Shown here: one piece after another, positions 20,093 through 28,635 of the stretch | Numbering within the stretch: the first letter of the stretch is position 1 | Layout of the letters: each line of letters starts with the position of its first letter | Source of the DNA: a bacterium | GTDB lineage: Bacteria; Zhuqueibacterota; Zhuqueibacteria; Residuimicrobiales; Krinioviventaceae | DNA length: 64,000 nt | Assembly: GCA_963675755.2 (NCBI GenBank) | Contig: CAXXMD010000002.1 | Location: forward strand, 1,952,001-2,016,000 | Direction: 5' to 3' | Notes under the pieces: generated by a model | Databases searched by the model: none | What the model saw: the letters and a program-made list of their open reading frames with translations, nothing else | What the model was told of the DNA's origin: nothing | Program-made: the position numbers and the translations under genes

Positions 20093-22396
20093 TCACTTGA
20101 GCAGCAGCATCTTTTTTGTTTCGATACGTTCACCATTCACAATAAAAGTATAAAAATAAAGTCCGCTTGCAAACTCATTGGCTTGCCAGGAATACTCGTA
20201 CCAACCGGCACTCAAAATTTCATCGGCAATTACGGTTACCTGTTGACCTGAAGCGTTAAAAATTACTACCGATGCCCGGCCCTGATCCGGCAAATAAAAC
20301 CGGATATTTGTTTCAGGATTAAAGGGATTGGGATAATTTTGCTCCAAAATATACTGCGAGGGAATTTTATCTTCATTTTTAATATCTGTAGATGTACCCT
20401 GATTTGCAGCAGCAAAGGTCGGTTCCATTTGTACAAAAGCCCCGGTCCCGTCAGGAAAACGTCCGGTAGTGCGATCATCTGTCTGTTCAGAAAAAGTCAC
20501 CTGATCAACAATACTCGTATCGGAATTGGACAGATATATGGCCTCACCAGATGCGGATAGCTTGAAATTCGCATGTAATCCGGTTTGATCATCATCTTTA
20601 TCCGCCCAGATAATCAAATAATTATGAGCGGCAATAACAGTATCCGGAAAGGACCATTGCGTCAAATCATTGTTATCATCAGTGAGGAAATAACCGCCTA
20701 GTTGAATTGTTTCATCAGTATTATTATAGAGCTCTATCCAGTCGTCAAATTCTCCATTAGCATCTGTTACTGTGGATTCATTACTGGCCATAAACTCGTT
20801 TATTACAACATCACCTTGTACATTAATTTCAAACAATTCATATTGCGCACGTGCAGGTAAAAAACTGGCAGCGTTCTCATTTTCAGCATATATATAATAT
20901 TGAAATCCTGTTGCTCCTGCATTGACCGCAATACCATATATACCGTCCCCTGCATCTCCATCATCATGATTACCATCATCATACATCCGGGCTTGAACAA
21001 ATGCATCAGTAGCTCCATAGCGATAAACCATTTGGACCACATCAGCATTATCCACCCCGGCCGTAATTGTAACAGCAGAATGTGCTGACACCTGCGAAGG
21101 ATTAACAGATATATCATGAACAACGGGTGGATCTGCCAGGAATTCAGGTTGAGCATTCAGGAAATCGAGTCGTGCTTGCATCAATTCGGTAATTCCAATG
21201 ATTGGCTGGTTACCGGGCCCCGGAGGGCCACCACCCCCTATACTGTTATCAATATTGTTTTTAAAATCTGTATAGGTGTAAAACTTGTTGGGATCATTCA
21301 TTACTTCCGTATCAATAATACTTTGCAATTCCTGCGCACGGGTTTTGTACCAACCATTACTGAAAACATCATCCATGATTGTTTTCATGTGTGCAATATA
21401 TATTTTTTGATATGCCGGCTCTGAAAGTATTTTAGAAATAATGGGATAATTGTCATTTTCAACATTCAAAAACGGGTCCAGTTGTTGTATTCCGGTAATA
21501 CTGGAGACATTACTACCAAAAAGATTGGTAAATACTCCAAAGTTTTCATTCAGGTCCCAAATAACAGGATTAAATAACCCTGCATCATCTTTATATAAAT
21601 AATAATTATGTCCAAAATTAACTGGCGAGTCCAGATTTACCATTAGAATGTCAAACGCCAACATCCACAAATGTCTGTCTATATTTAAATAATTTTCAAT
21701 ATCATTTGTATTATTGTTCAGCACATCCAGAAAATCAATCAAATCTTTCCATCCATAATCAGACTCGATTTCAAAAAAAGGCGTATAACTGGATGAATCA
21801 GCACCCCAATAGCCCCATACAACAGTTTCCTGCTGCATATTGTTATTTGTCAATTCTCCTTTAAAATATGCATTATCATCACTGTAAAAATGGGTCCTCA
21901 TAAAATGTTTGTCAACATCCTGAACATTGGTATATAAACCCAGGTAGGTCCCATTAATCCAAACCTTGCAATAATTTGCCTGACTTGCCGGCATATATTT
22001 ACGGGCAATCTCATAACTCAATGTTTCCCGCACAAAACTGGGATCTTTGTAAACGTTTGCCAGCTTGAGAGTTCCATAACCCTGGTGTTCCTGATCATCT
22101 ATCAAATAATCCAGTTTTATGTTCAATGGATTTTTGATCAGGCTGGAATTATAACTGCTGTTTCCTTTATAACGTACTCCCACACTGTCATATTGTATAC
22201 CATTTACAATTGCTGTACCCAGCAACCGATCCTCATTGCCTTCTGCATAGAGATTGTCAAGCAGTTCATCCCAGTTTGATTCCGCAAAAGTCAACTCGAT
22301 GGTATTGATGGTATCTATATCGTAAAAATCCTGACAAAAGATTTTGGTCGCAACAACAAGCAGGAAAATCATTCCCCAAAGTGGTTTTGTTTTCAT
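20093..22396 (-). CDS. CotH-family kinase with lamin-tail domain and T9SS-type CTD
   Basis: VGVRYKGNSS, NLD..HNYYLY, IWDLNENFG; VVINEFMASN..DWIELYN lamin tail; QNYPNPFNP. ATG at 22396 followed by a signal peptide. Confidence 0.88.
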   Translation of the reverse strand: MKTKPLWGMIFLLVVATKIFCQDFYDIDTINTIELTFAESNWDELLDNLYAEGNEDRLLGTAIVNGIQYDSVGVRYKGNSSYNSSLIKNPLNIKLDYLIDDQEHQGYGTLKLANVYKDPSFVRETLSYEIARKYMPASQANYCKVWINGTYLGLYTNVQDVDKHFMRTHFYSDDNAYFKGELTNNNMQQETVVWGYWGADSSSYTPFFEIESDYGWKDLIDFLDVLNNNTNDIENYLNIDRHLWMLAFDILMVNLDSPVNFGHNYYLYKDDAGLFNPVIWDLNENFGVFTNLFGSNVSSITGIQQLDPFLNVENDNYPIISKILSEPAYQKIYIAHMKTIMDDVFSNGWYKTRAQELQSIIDTEVMNDPNKFYTYTDFKNNIDNSIGGGGPPGPGNQPIIGITELMQARLDFLNAQPEFLADPPVVHDISVNPSQVSAHSAVTITAGVDNADVVQMVYRYGATDAFVQARMYDDGNHDDGDAGDGIYGIAVNAGATGFQYYIYAENENAASFLPARAQYELFEINVQGDVVINEFMASNESTVTDANGEFDDWIELYNNTDETIQLGGYFLTDDNNDLTQWSFPDTVIAAHNYLIIWADKDDDQTGLHANFKLSASGEAIYLSNSDTSIVDQVTFSEQTDDRTTGRFPDGTGAFVQMEPTFAAANQGTSTDIKNEDKIPSQYILEQNYPNPFNPETNIRFYLPDQGRASVVIFNASGQQVTVIADEILSAGWYEYSWQANEFASGLYFYTFIVNGERIETKKMLLLK

Positions 22397-22422
22397 ATTA
22401 AAATCCTGATTCGTGATTAAGA

Positions 22423-24261
22423 TTATTTCAACAAGATCATACGTTTTGTTTCCGCAAAAGCCCCACTGGTCAACGTATAAAAATAGGTCCCACTGGATAA
22501 ATCTGATGCCTGCCACTGAATATCATGCCAGCCCCCGGGCATTTCATCGTTTATCAAAGATGCTACCTGTCTTCCATTGGTATTAAAAATAACCAGTTTT
22601 ACCCGCTCCTGACAGGGCAGGTAAAACCGGATTGTTGTTTGAGGATTAAAAGGATTGGGATAATTCTGCGCCAACTGGTATTCCGTTGGCATCGCAATCT
22701 GAACTGTAATCTCGTCCGTAAATGTATAGCTTCCATCAAGATCGATCTGCTTTAATCGATACTGATAAGCAGATAACTGTGTATCTGAATTCACCAATAC
22801 ATCCGTATATTCATATTGGACATGTTCAGAGATGGTATTTCCCCCGGAAACAAAATCCAACACTTCCCACCAGTCACCATTTTTTCTTTCAATCTCAAAG
22901 CCATAATTACGGCTTTCGCTATAGGTGTCCCAGGCCAGTTGAACTGTATTATCATCTGGGAGATAGGTCCCTTCCAGTGTTCCAAACTCTACGGGGGTGG
23001 TGGTATTGAGGTCTGCGTCTCTAACCAGTCGGACATAATTGTAGATACGTATCACATCACCCTGCGGACCATTACCATAGGGGTAATCATCCGGATCACC
23101 AATTTTAGGATCACTGCGCTGAGCACCTGCTCCATGTACATCCTGGAGTATATAATTTCCTGAAAAATCCTGCATCCAGCCCAACGCTTCACCAAAACAG
23201 ACATAAACTCCTCTATCCGGATAGGGGCCATCACAATGCGTTGTAGATGCCCAATAAAAAGGATAATTGGCACCGCCGCCTTCATCTACAATGACCGGTA
23301 CATTAAACAGCGGCGAGATTGCAGCCGAGTTGGTATATGACAAACTGCGTTCATAATCTACAATGCTTTGTAATTCTTTGGCGTTTGGCAGACGCCAGTC
23401 ATTGTGCCCCAGGTAATTTTCACTGTTTTTCTTTTGGGTCCAGGCAAACGCCTCTTTCCACCCCATGCCCTCGCTGCTGCCGGCCTGATCCCACATTAAA
23501 CCTGTTGCAAGATCGGTTATGGTACCATCATTGTTATCTGAAAAATCGTTGGTACCATAATCCGATCTGCCCCTTACCACCTTGACCTCAAAATCCTTGT
23601 TCACAGGATACCCCTTTATCCTTCCGTCAACAAAATTAACGCCGAACATGGTCACGTTTCCACCCATAGTGGTACCTTTATAAATAGTCGAGGTTGCATA
23701 CTGTGCATCAATAATCCGTTCATCCGAAATCACCGTACCGCCAAAACGGAAGTCAAAAGCATCGGTGTCAATATAGGGAATACACTGATCTTCAGTCATC
23801 ATGGTTTTACCGCTAAACAGAATCAGTGAATACAGTTCCTGTATAGTAGGTAATCTCCAATCCGTATAACCTGCAAGTGTACAGGTATCGGCATAGGTCT
23901 GACAAACACTCTGGGAGTATTTGCCTTCCGGCAGACCTTTTTGCCACATCAAACCGGTTACATTGTCTGTAACAGTTCCATCGCCATTGTCAGTATAAGA
24001 GGGTTGATTCCCATTATATTGTGCATCCTGACCATAAAAATCACTCCCGGAGGAGGGTGCGGATATAGCAGCCGAGTTGTTATAGCATACTGTCTGGCCG
24101 GTATCTACAATGGGATAGGTGATTGTGCTTTGGGTTGATGGGGATTTTGCAACCGCTGAATGTGTAGTGATCACATCCGGGTAAACCCGGGCAAATACAT
24201 TCACCGCATTGCTCAACAGCAGGAAGGTTAAAACTGTGATGTAAGTGATGTTCCGCTTCAT
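22423..24261 (-). CDS. DUF1566 (Lcl C-terminal domain x2) protein with T9SS-type CTD
   Basis: DTGQTVCY; two copies of DNxDGTxTDxxTGLMW..DWRLPxxxEL; QNYPNPFNP. Confidence 0.85.
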   Translation of the reverse strand: MKRNITYITVLTFLLLSNAVNVFARVYPDVITTHSAVAKSPSTQSTITYPIVDTGQTVCYNNSAAISAPSSGSDFYGQDAQYNGNQPSYTDNGDGTVTDNVTGLMWQKGLPEGKYSQSVCQTYADTCTLAGYTDWRLPTIQELYSLILFSGKTMMTEDQCIPYIDTDAFDFRFGGTVISDERIIDAQYATSTIYKGTTMGGNVTMFGVNFVDGRIKGYPVNKDFEVKVVRGRSDYGTNDFSDNNDGTITDLATGLMWDQAGSSEGMGWKEAFAWTQKKNSENYLGHNDWRLPNAKELQSIVDYERSLSYTNSAAISPLFNVPVIVDEGGGANYPFYWASTTHCDGPYPDRGVYVCFGEALGWMQDFSGNYILQDVHGAGAQRSDPKIGDPDDYPYGNGPQGDVIRIYNYVRLVRDADLNTTTPVEFGTLEGTYLPDDNTVQLAWDTYSESRNYGFEIERKNGDWWEVLDFVSGGNTISEHVQYEYTDVLVNSDTQLSAYQYRLKQIDLDGSYTFTDEITVQIAMPTEYQLAQNYPNPFNPQTTIRFYLPCQERVKLVIFNTNGRQVASLINDEMPGGWHDIQWQASDLSSGTYFYTLTSGAFAETKRMILLK

Positions 24262-24317
24262 GATGTTCTCCTTACATGATGTGATGTTTTCATGATGTTC
24301 TCTCGTTCTATTAATTC

Positions 24318-24344
24318 TGACGCTGCTTTTGAGAAAACCTTGCG
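24318..24344 (-). promoter_or_regulatory. Putative ECF sigma promoter
   Basis: CGCAAGG-N15-CGTCA upstream of the DUF1566-CotH operon; same spacing at two other sites. Confidence 0.75.
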
Positions 24345-24365
24345 GTTGGTTGTAAAAAAAAAACC

Positions 24366-24446
24366 ATGATTATCATGATTTGACCTTGATTACCATGATT
24401 GACCTTAATTACAATGATTGACCTTAATTACAATGATTAAAGGATT
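24366..24446. repeat. Degenerate ~19-bp tandem repeat
   Basis: atgattgaccttaattaca twice exactly, plus variants. Confidence 0.7.
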
Positions 24447-24495
24447 GGAGGATGAAAACTGGAATGTTAAATTAAAAATCCCTTTTATACAATAG

Positions 24496-24522
24496 GTAGG
24501 GACCGGTCTGAGACCGGTTCCT
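24496..24522 (+). repeat. GTAG-type REP-like palindrome
   Basis: GTAGGGACCGGTCTGAGACCGGTTCCT. Confidence 0.6.
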
Positions 24523-24580
24523 TCATGATAAAAAATCTCTGGACTGAATGATTAAAGGATATTTCTCCTTCCCAAATTCC

Positions 24581-24847
24581 CAGACTGTGTGAAACCCAAA
24601 AAAAAATGTGTTTTTGGAGTGCGGCGCCTTTATGCGCCGCGTCGGGCCGAAGGTCCGAAATAGATATGACTTCATTGTCCAATATTTTAAACCATTGTAA
24701 TAAGATTAGTTCAATATTATTATAAGAATATAATTATATTATGGCCGTCTACGACGGCCCGCATTACATAAAGGTAATGCACTCCACACTATTTTGACTT
24801 ATCTCAAGCTCAACATTTTTTTAATTAATTCATTTTAACAGAGTCTG
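24581..24847. mobile_element. MITE-like non-coding element (267 bp) inserted into a palindrome
   Basis: Terminal IRs CAGACTGTGTGAAA / TTTAACAGAGTCTG; TCC duplicated on both sides; splits tctccttcccaaat..atttgggaaggaga. Confidence 0.7.
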
Positions 24848-24948
24848 TCCGATTTGGGAAGGAGATTACATGCTTTTTTTAACATTCACCAAGGGGAATT
24901 GAAAATATTTCAAAATTTCTAGCACCCATCTTCATGCAGGTTACAGAA

Positions 24949-24987
24949 TAAAAAAATCCTCCCAAAGGATAAGCCTTCAAGGAGGAT
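24949..24987 (-). terminator. Intrinsic terminator after the sulfotransferase gene
   Basis: atcctcc..ggaggat stem with a T-run on the minus strand. Confidence 0.55.
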
Positions 24988-25040
24988 GAATATATATACA
25001 AACAGCTTTTAACGTTTGCCTATTGCCGTTTTACGTCTCG

Positions 25041-26690
25041 CTATTTTATCAATACCATCTTTTGTGTTTTTACCGGCTCACCACCAACATAGAGTGTATA
25101 GAAATAAATGCCGCTGGCAAAGGACCCTGCCTGCCATGTGAAGGAATGTAATCCTGCATTCAATTCCTGATTAACCAGCGTTGCCACCTGCTGTCCTTTT
25201 GCATTATAGATCACCAGAGATGCCAGGTCCTGCACAGGCAGATAAAAATCTATATTTGTGACCGGATTAAAAGGATTGGGATAATTTGCATCCAATTCAA
25301 TAGCAGTCGGTATCTGTTCATGCGTGTTGATACCTGTAAACAATCCGCTTTCAAAATCAGAGTCATAATATCGAACTGCTCTGAACACCGAATTGCTTTC
25401 CAGATCCATTGGATTTGAAGACTCGATGGGATTCACATACTCCCATACCGTCTCTCCCGCTTCGGTCACCTCAAAAAAGGTTCCGGCAGGACCATTACAG
25501 ATTAGTGTGTTTCCGTTAGGCAATCTCTGTGCACCCGAGATGTGATCAGCGTAAAATGACCGGGGTGGAGTGGCTTTATAGGTCCAGGTTGAGGTTTCAG
25601 GTCCATACGCCGCATCATTTTCGTGCGCATAGCTGCCGTTAACATAATCCGGCAGTGTTATCTGTTCAACTGTTGAATAATAGCCGTCCTGACGGCCACG
25701 GCCGTTATTAAATATCAAAACATCACCGGCACCGGGCAAGCCATCGGCAATCCAGTGACCATCGTGCGGTACAAACAGCTTTTGATCATCATCCGTACCA
25801 TGATCATAGGTTTGCGGGTTACCCCAGCGGTATAACAGATCGCCCTTACTTCCTGCGGCTTCTTCTGTTGTAGTATTATGGTCTATAATCCAGATTTCAC
25901 TAAAATTGTGCACAGTAATCATAACCTGATCACGCTCCGCGTTATACTCTACCGCATTGGTGTGGGTCCAATCTGCTGCAGCCGTATCATCAATTCTTCG
26001 CAGGTAAAAATTGAGATTAATCTTTTCAGGATGCTCTGAAATTACACCATAATTGGGTTTTGTTTCATCATAATCCTGAACCAAATGGTCCCAAACATGC
26101 CATTCCCACACAATATTACCACCTTCGGGGTATACTGGCTCAACTTCTATGATCTTGTCCGGCCAGAGTCCTTCATCCCCAAGTGTTTCAGGATCTCTAC
26201 CCTGCGCTAATGCTTCCTCAACGGATTTCTGTTCCCAGGAAATCATGAGTATATTGCCATTTGGCAAATATTCCACATCGTGATGCAGAAGGTAATTTTC
26301 ACTATTGTGTTCAAAAGACCAGAGCAGGTTCGCCTCCCAGTCTAAAAGCTGAACAATTCCACCGCTGCCACCGGTACCGCCAAATACCGGATTCACCTGT
26401 TTTCCAACTGTACATGTACGTAACAAGGATTTATCAGAAAGCAGATACACAGAATGCCCGGGAGTATAATCACCCGGCCAGGTTTTGACAAAATTCTCAT
26501 CTGCATCCATGAGATAGGTCGTTGTAGAGCCAAGAGGTGCAAACAGTGTATATCCACCGGATTCGTAACCATTTACAGTTAAATTCTGAACCTGGGGATT
26601 GGCATAACTCTCCCCATAGACACCCAAAATCATTAAAAGAATAAAATAAAGCATATTACCAATTTTAAAACTTTTAGTACCTGACAACAT
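25041..26690 (-). CDS. Aryl-sulfate sulfotransferase (ASST-like) with T9SS-type CTD
   Basis: GYTLFAP, LLHHDVEYLPNGNIL, DWTHTNAV, GDLLYRWGNP, SGAQRLPNGNTLI; ANYPNPFNP. Confidence 0.85.
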   Translation of the reverse strand: MLSGTKSFKIGNMLYFILLMILGVYGESYANPQVQNLTVNGYESGGYTLFAPLGSTTTYLMDADENFVKTWPGDYTPGHSVYLLSDKSLLRTCTVGKQVNPVFGGTGGSGGIVQLLDWEANLLWSFEHNSENYLLHHDVEYLPNGNILMISWEQKSVEEALAQGRDPETLGDEGLWPDKIIEVEPVYPEGGNIVWEWHVWDHLVQDYDETKPNYGVISEHPEKINLNFYLRRIDDTAAADWTHTNAVEYNAERDQVMITVHNFSEIWIIDHNTTTEEAAGSKGDLLYRWGNPQTYDHGTDDDQKLFVPHDGHWIADGLPGAGDVLIFNNGRGRQDGYYSTVEQITLPDYVNGSYAHENDAAYGPETSTWTYKATPPRSFYADHISGAQRLPNGNTLICNGPAGTFFEVTEAGETVWEYVNPIESSNPMDLESNSVFRAVRYYDSDFESGLFTGINTHEQIPTAIELDANYPNPFNPVTNIDFYLPVQDLASLVIYNAKGQQVATLVNQELNAGLHSFTWQAGSFASGIYFYTLYVGGEPVKTQKMVLIK

Positions 26691-26736
26691 GAGTTACTCC
26701 TTTACTGCATTTACCGAATATCTCTTTAATAATTTT

Positions 26737-26763
26737 TGACGATAAAAGTAACACAACCCTGCG
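26737..26763 (-). promoter_or_regulatory. Putative ECF sigma promoter
   Basis: CGCAGGG-N15-CGTCA upstream of the ASST gene. Confidence 0.7.
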
Positions 26764-26854
26764 GGGAGGATTTTAAATTCAGGGTTATTTTAAATAAGAC
26801 AAGAATCGGGCCAGAGTAAGAGGAAGGTAAAAAAATTCTGGAATGATAAAATTC

Positions 26855-26893
26855 AAAAAAAAAAAGCCAATAACATTAAAGTTATTAGCTTTT
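26855..26893 (-). terminator. Intrinsic terminator after the Spy-like gene
   Basis: Minus strand reads agctaataac-tttaat-gttattggct followed by a long T-run. Confidence 0.7.
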
Positions 26894-26902
26894 GAATACA
26901 AA

Positions 26903-27439
26903 TTAAGGACGACCTATTAGCGGTCGTTGTCCTGCTGCAGGAGGTGCCGGTCTGCCACCTCCCTGCCCCTGCGGTGGATGCATTTGAAAGAATTCGCCCA
27001 CTAGTTGTCGCAATTTGTCAACCTGGTTATCCTCGCAAAATGTTTTCAATTCCTGAAAATGAGCAAAGGTTAAACGTTCAATTTCCGTCTGCTTGTCACC
27101 AATTTGTTCAGATAACATTTTAACCTGGGCACTGTCAACTGTATCCTCAAATACCAAATCCATCAGTTGTTTTTTTAGAGCGCGGATCTCTATATTAATA
27201 TCCTGCGCTTTTCTTGCGTGCTGCTGTCGAATTCGGTCCAGTTGCTGCATCTGCTGATCTGACAATCCCAGTTCGCTTTGCAAAAATCGGGATGTACGTT
27301 GTGCGGGTGGGCCCAGTGGCGGCCCCGCAACCGGTTTGTTTTTCTGCATATCCCTTATGATATACAGTGTGAATGCATTCAAAATAATAAGCAATACAAT
27401 GACAAGCATGGTCATTTTTTGTTTTAAAAAGATATTCAT
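26903..27439 (-). CDS. Spy/CpxP-like periplasmic sensor or chaperone
   Basis: N-terminal TM; LGLSDQQ motif; helical Q/E/R-rich body. Confidence 0.75.
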   Translation of the reverse strand: MNIFLKQKMTMLVIVLLIILNAFTLYIIRDMQKNKPVAGPPLGPPAQRTSRFLQSELGLSDQQMQQLDRIRQQHARKAQDINIEIRALKKQLMDLVFEDTVDSAQVKMLSEQIGDKQTEIERLTFAHFQELKTFCEDNQVDKLRQLVGEFFQMHPPQGQGGGRPAPPAAGQRPLIGRP

Positions 27440-27451
27440 AATTTGCCTCTG

Positions 27452-27790
27452 TTAATTCTCAAAAATAAACAGGTTATTTGAATTGCTGTTCAATGAAAAC
27501 GTTTTGGCAAATTCAATTACCATCTGTTCACGCGAAACCTCTTGAACAGTTTCAGGAGTGGCAAAATAACTGCTAATGGTAAAAATATTGATAGCCGCAA
27601 TCAACACCAGTAAAGCAGGCTTTAAAATCGGCCATATGGTTTGCAGACCAAACCTTTTATGACCAGGATTATCAATCTCTGCTTTGACCCGGTTGTAAAA
27701 CCAGGAATCACCCTCTAGTCGTTCTGATTTCTCAAAACAAGACAGGGTTTTTTCTATTTCCTGCTCTATTTTTTCTTTTTTATTCATCAC
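27452..27790 (-). CDS. Putative anti-sigma factor (single TM)
   Basis: Small protein directly after the ECF sigma; WFYNRVKAEI followed by one TM segment. Confidence 0.65.
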   Translation of the reverse strand: MMNKKEKIEQEIEKTLSCFEKSERLEGDSWFYNRVKAEIDNPGHKRFGLQTIWPILKPALLVLIAAINIFTISSYFATPETVQEVSREQMVIEFAKTFSLNSNSNNLFIFEN

Positions 27791-27810
27791 AATACTCTTC
27801 CTGATATATT

Positions 27811-27837
27811 TGACGCTAATAGTTTTAAAACCTTGCG
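27811..27837 (-). promoter_or_regulatory. Putative ECF sigma promoter between sigma and anti-sigma genes
   Basis: CGCAAGG-N15-CGTCA. Confidence 0.75.
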
Positions 27838-27841
27838 CTGA

Positions 27842-28414
27842 TTATATATTTTTTTCAAAATAATTGTATAATTTATTATGCAAATTCTTTCTGGCCCGAT
27901 GCAGCAGCGACTCTACCGATGATACGGAAGTTTCCAAAATTTCAGCAATTTCTTTATTACTAAATCCATCATACTTGCTCAAGGTAATGGCAGTTTTTTG
28001 ATTTTCCGGTAAGGAGTCTATTGCCGCATTCAGAATATCCGTACGCTCTTTCACTTCCAGATCCTGCAACGGATCACTCTCACTTTTGATGTAAACAGGT
28101 TCAGAATCCTCTCCCTCACCAAAAATCGATAAAACATAACCAAACCGCTTTTTACGTTTCTTTTTTCGCAGCAGATCCAGTGATTTGTTCACTGCGATTC
28201 TATAAATCCAGGTGGAAAGCTGGGCATCGCTTCTAAAGGAATGCACAGACTGATACACCTCTACAAACACTTCCTGAGCGGTATCCTGCGCATCAAGATG
28301 GTTGTGTAAAAAATGAAAGCAGGTGTTCAGTACCTTGTCTTTATACATTTCGACACAGGTCTGAAAAGCCCCTTCATTACCCGCTTTTAATTTTTTGACC
28401 AGCTCATTATCCAT
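27842..28414 (-). CDS. ECF RNA polymerase sigma factor
   Basis: DAQDTAQEVF, STWIYRIAVNKSLD (region 2); LPENQK..SNKEIAEIL..SVESLLHRARKNL (region 4). Confidence 0.93.
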   Translation of the reverse strand: MDNELVKKLKAGNEGAFQTCVEMYKDKVLNTCFHFLHNHLDAQDTAQEVFVEVYQSVHSFRSDAQLSTWIYRIAVNKSLDLLRKKKRKKRFGYVLSIFGEGEDSEPVYIKSESDPLQDLEVKERTDILNAAIDSLPENQKTAITLSKYDGFSNKEIAEILETSVSSVESLLHRARKNLHNKLYNYFEKNI

Positions 28415-28635
28415 AATATTCCGGGATTCTTGAATAAACTACAATATACTCAATTCATGACCATTAATGCAACCCATGAAATGTATCAATCCGACAAAAT
28501 ATATATAAAATTAACATAAATTAATCCGGACAAATAAAATGTGTCGGAATCAACTCGCTATTGATATTGTTTTTAAATTTCAATAAATTACCAAATCCAC
28601 CAAATTAACATAAAATGAACAGGAGAAATGCTTTA

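Noticed and set aside
28558-28586. Fur box or cobalamin riboswitch before the TonB receptor
   Set aside because: Only a weak Fur-like match in very AT-rich DNA, and no B12-box or other riboswitch core was seen.
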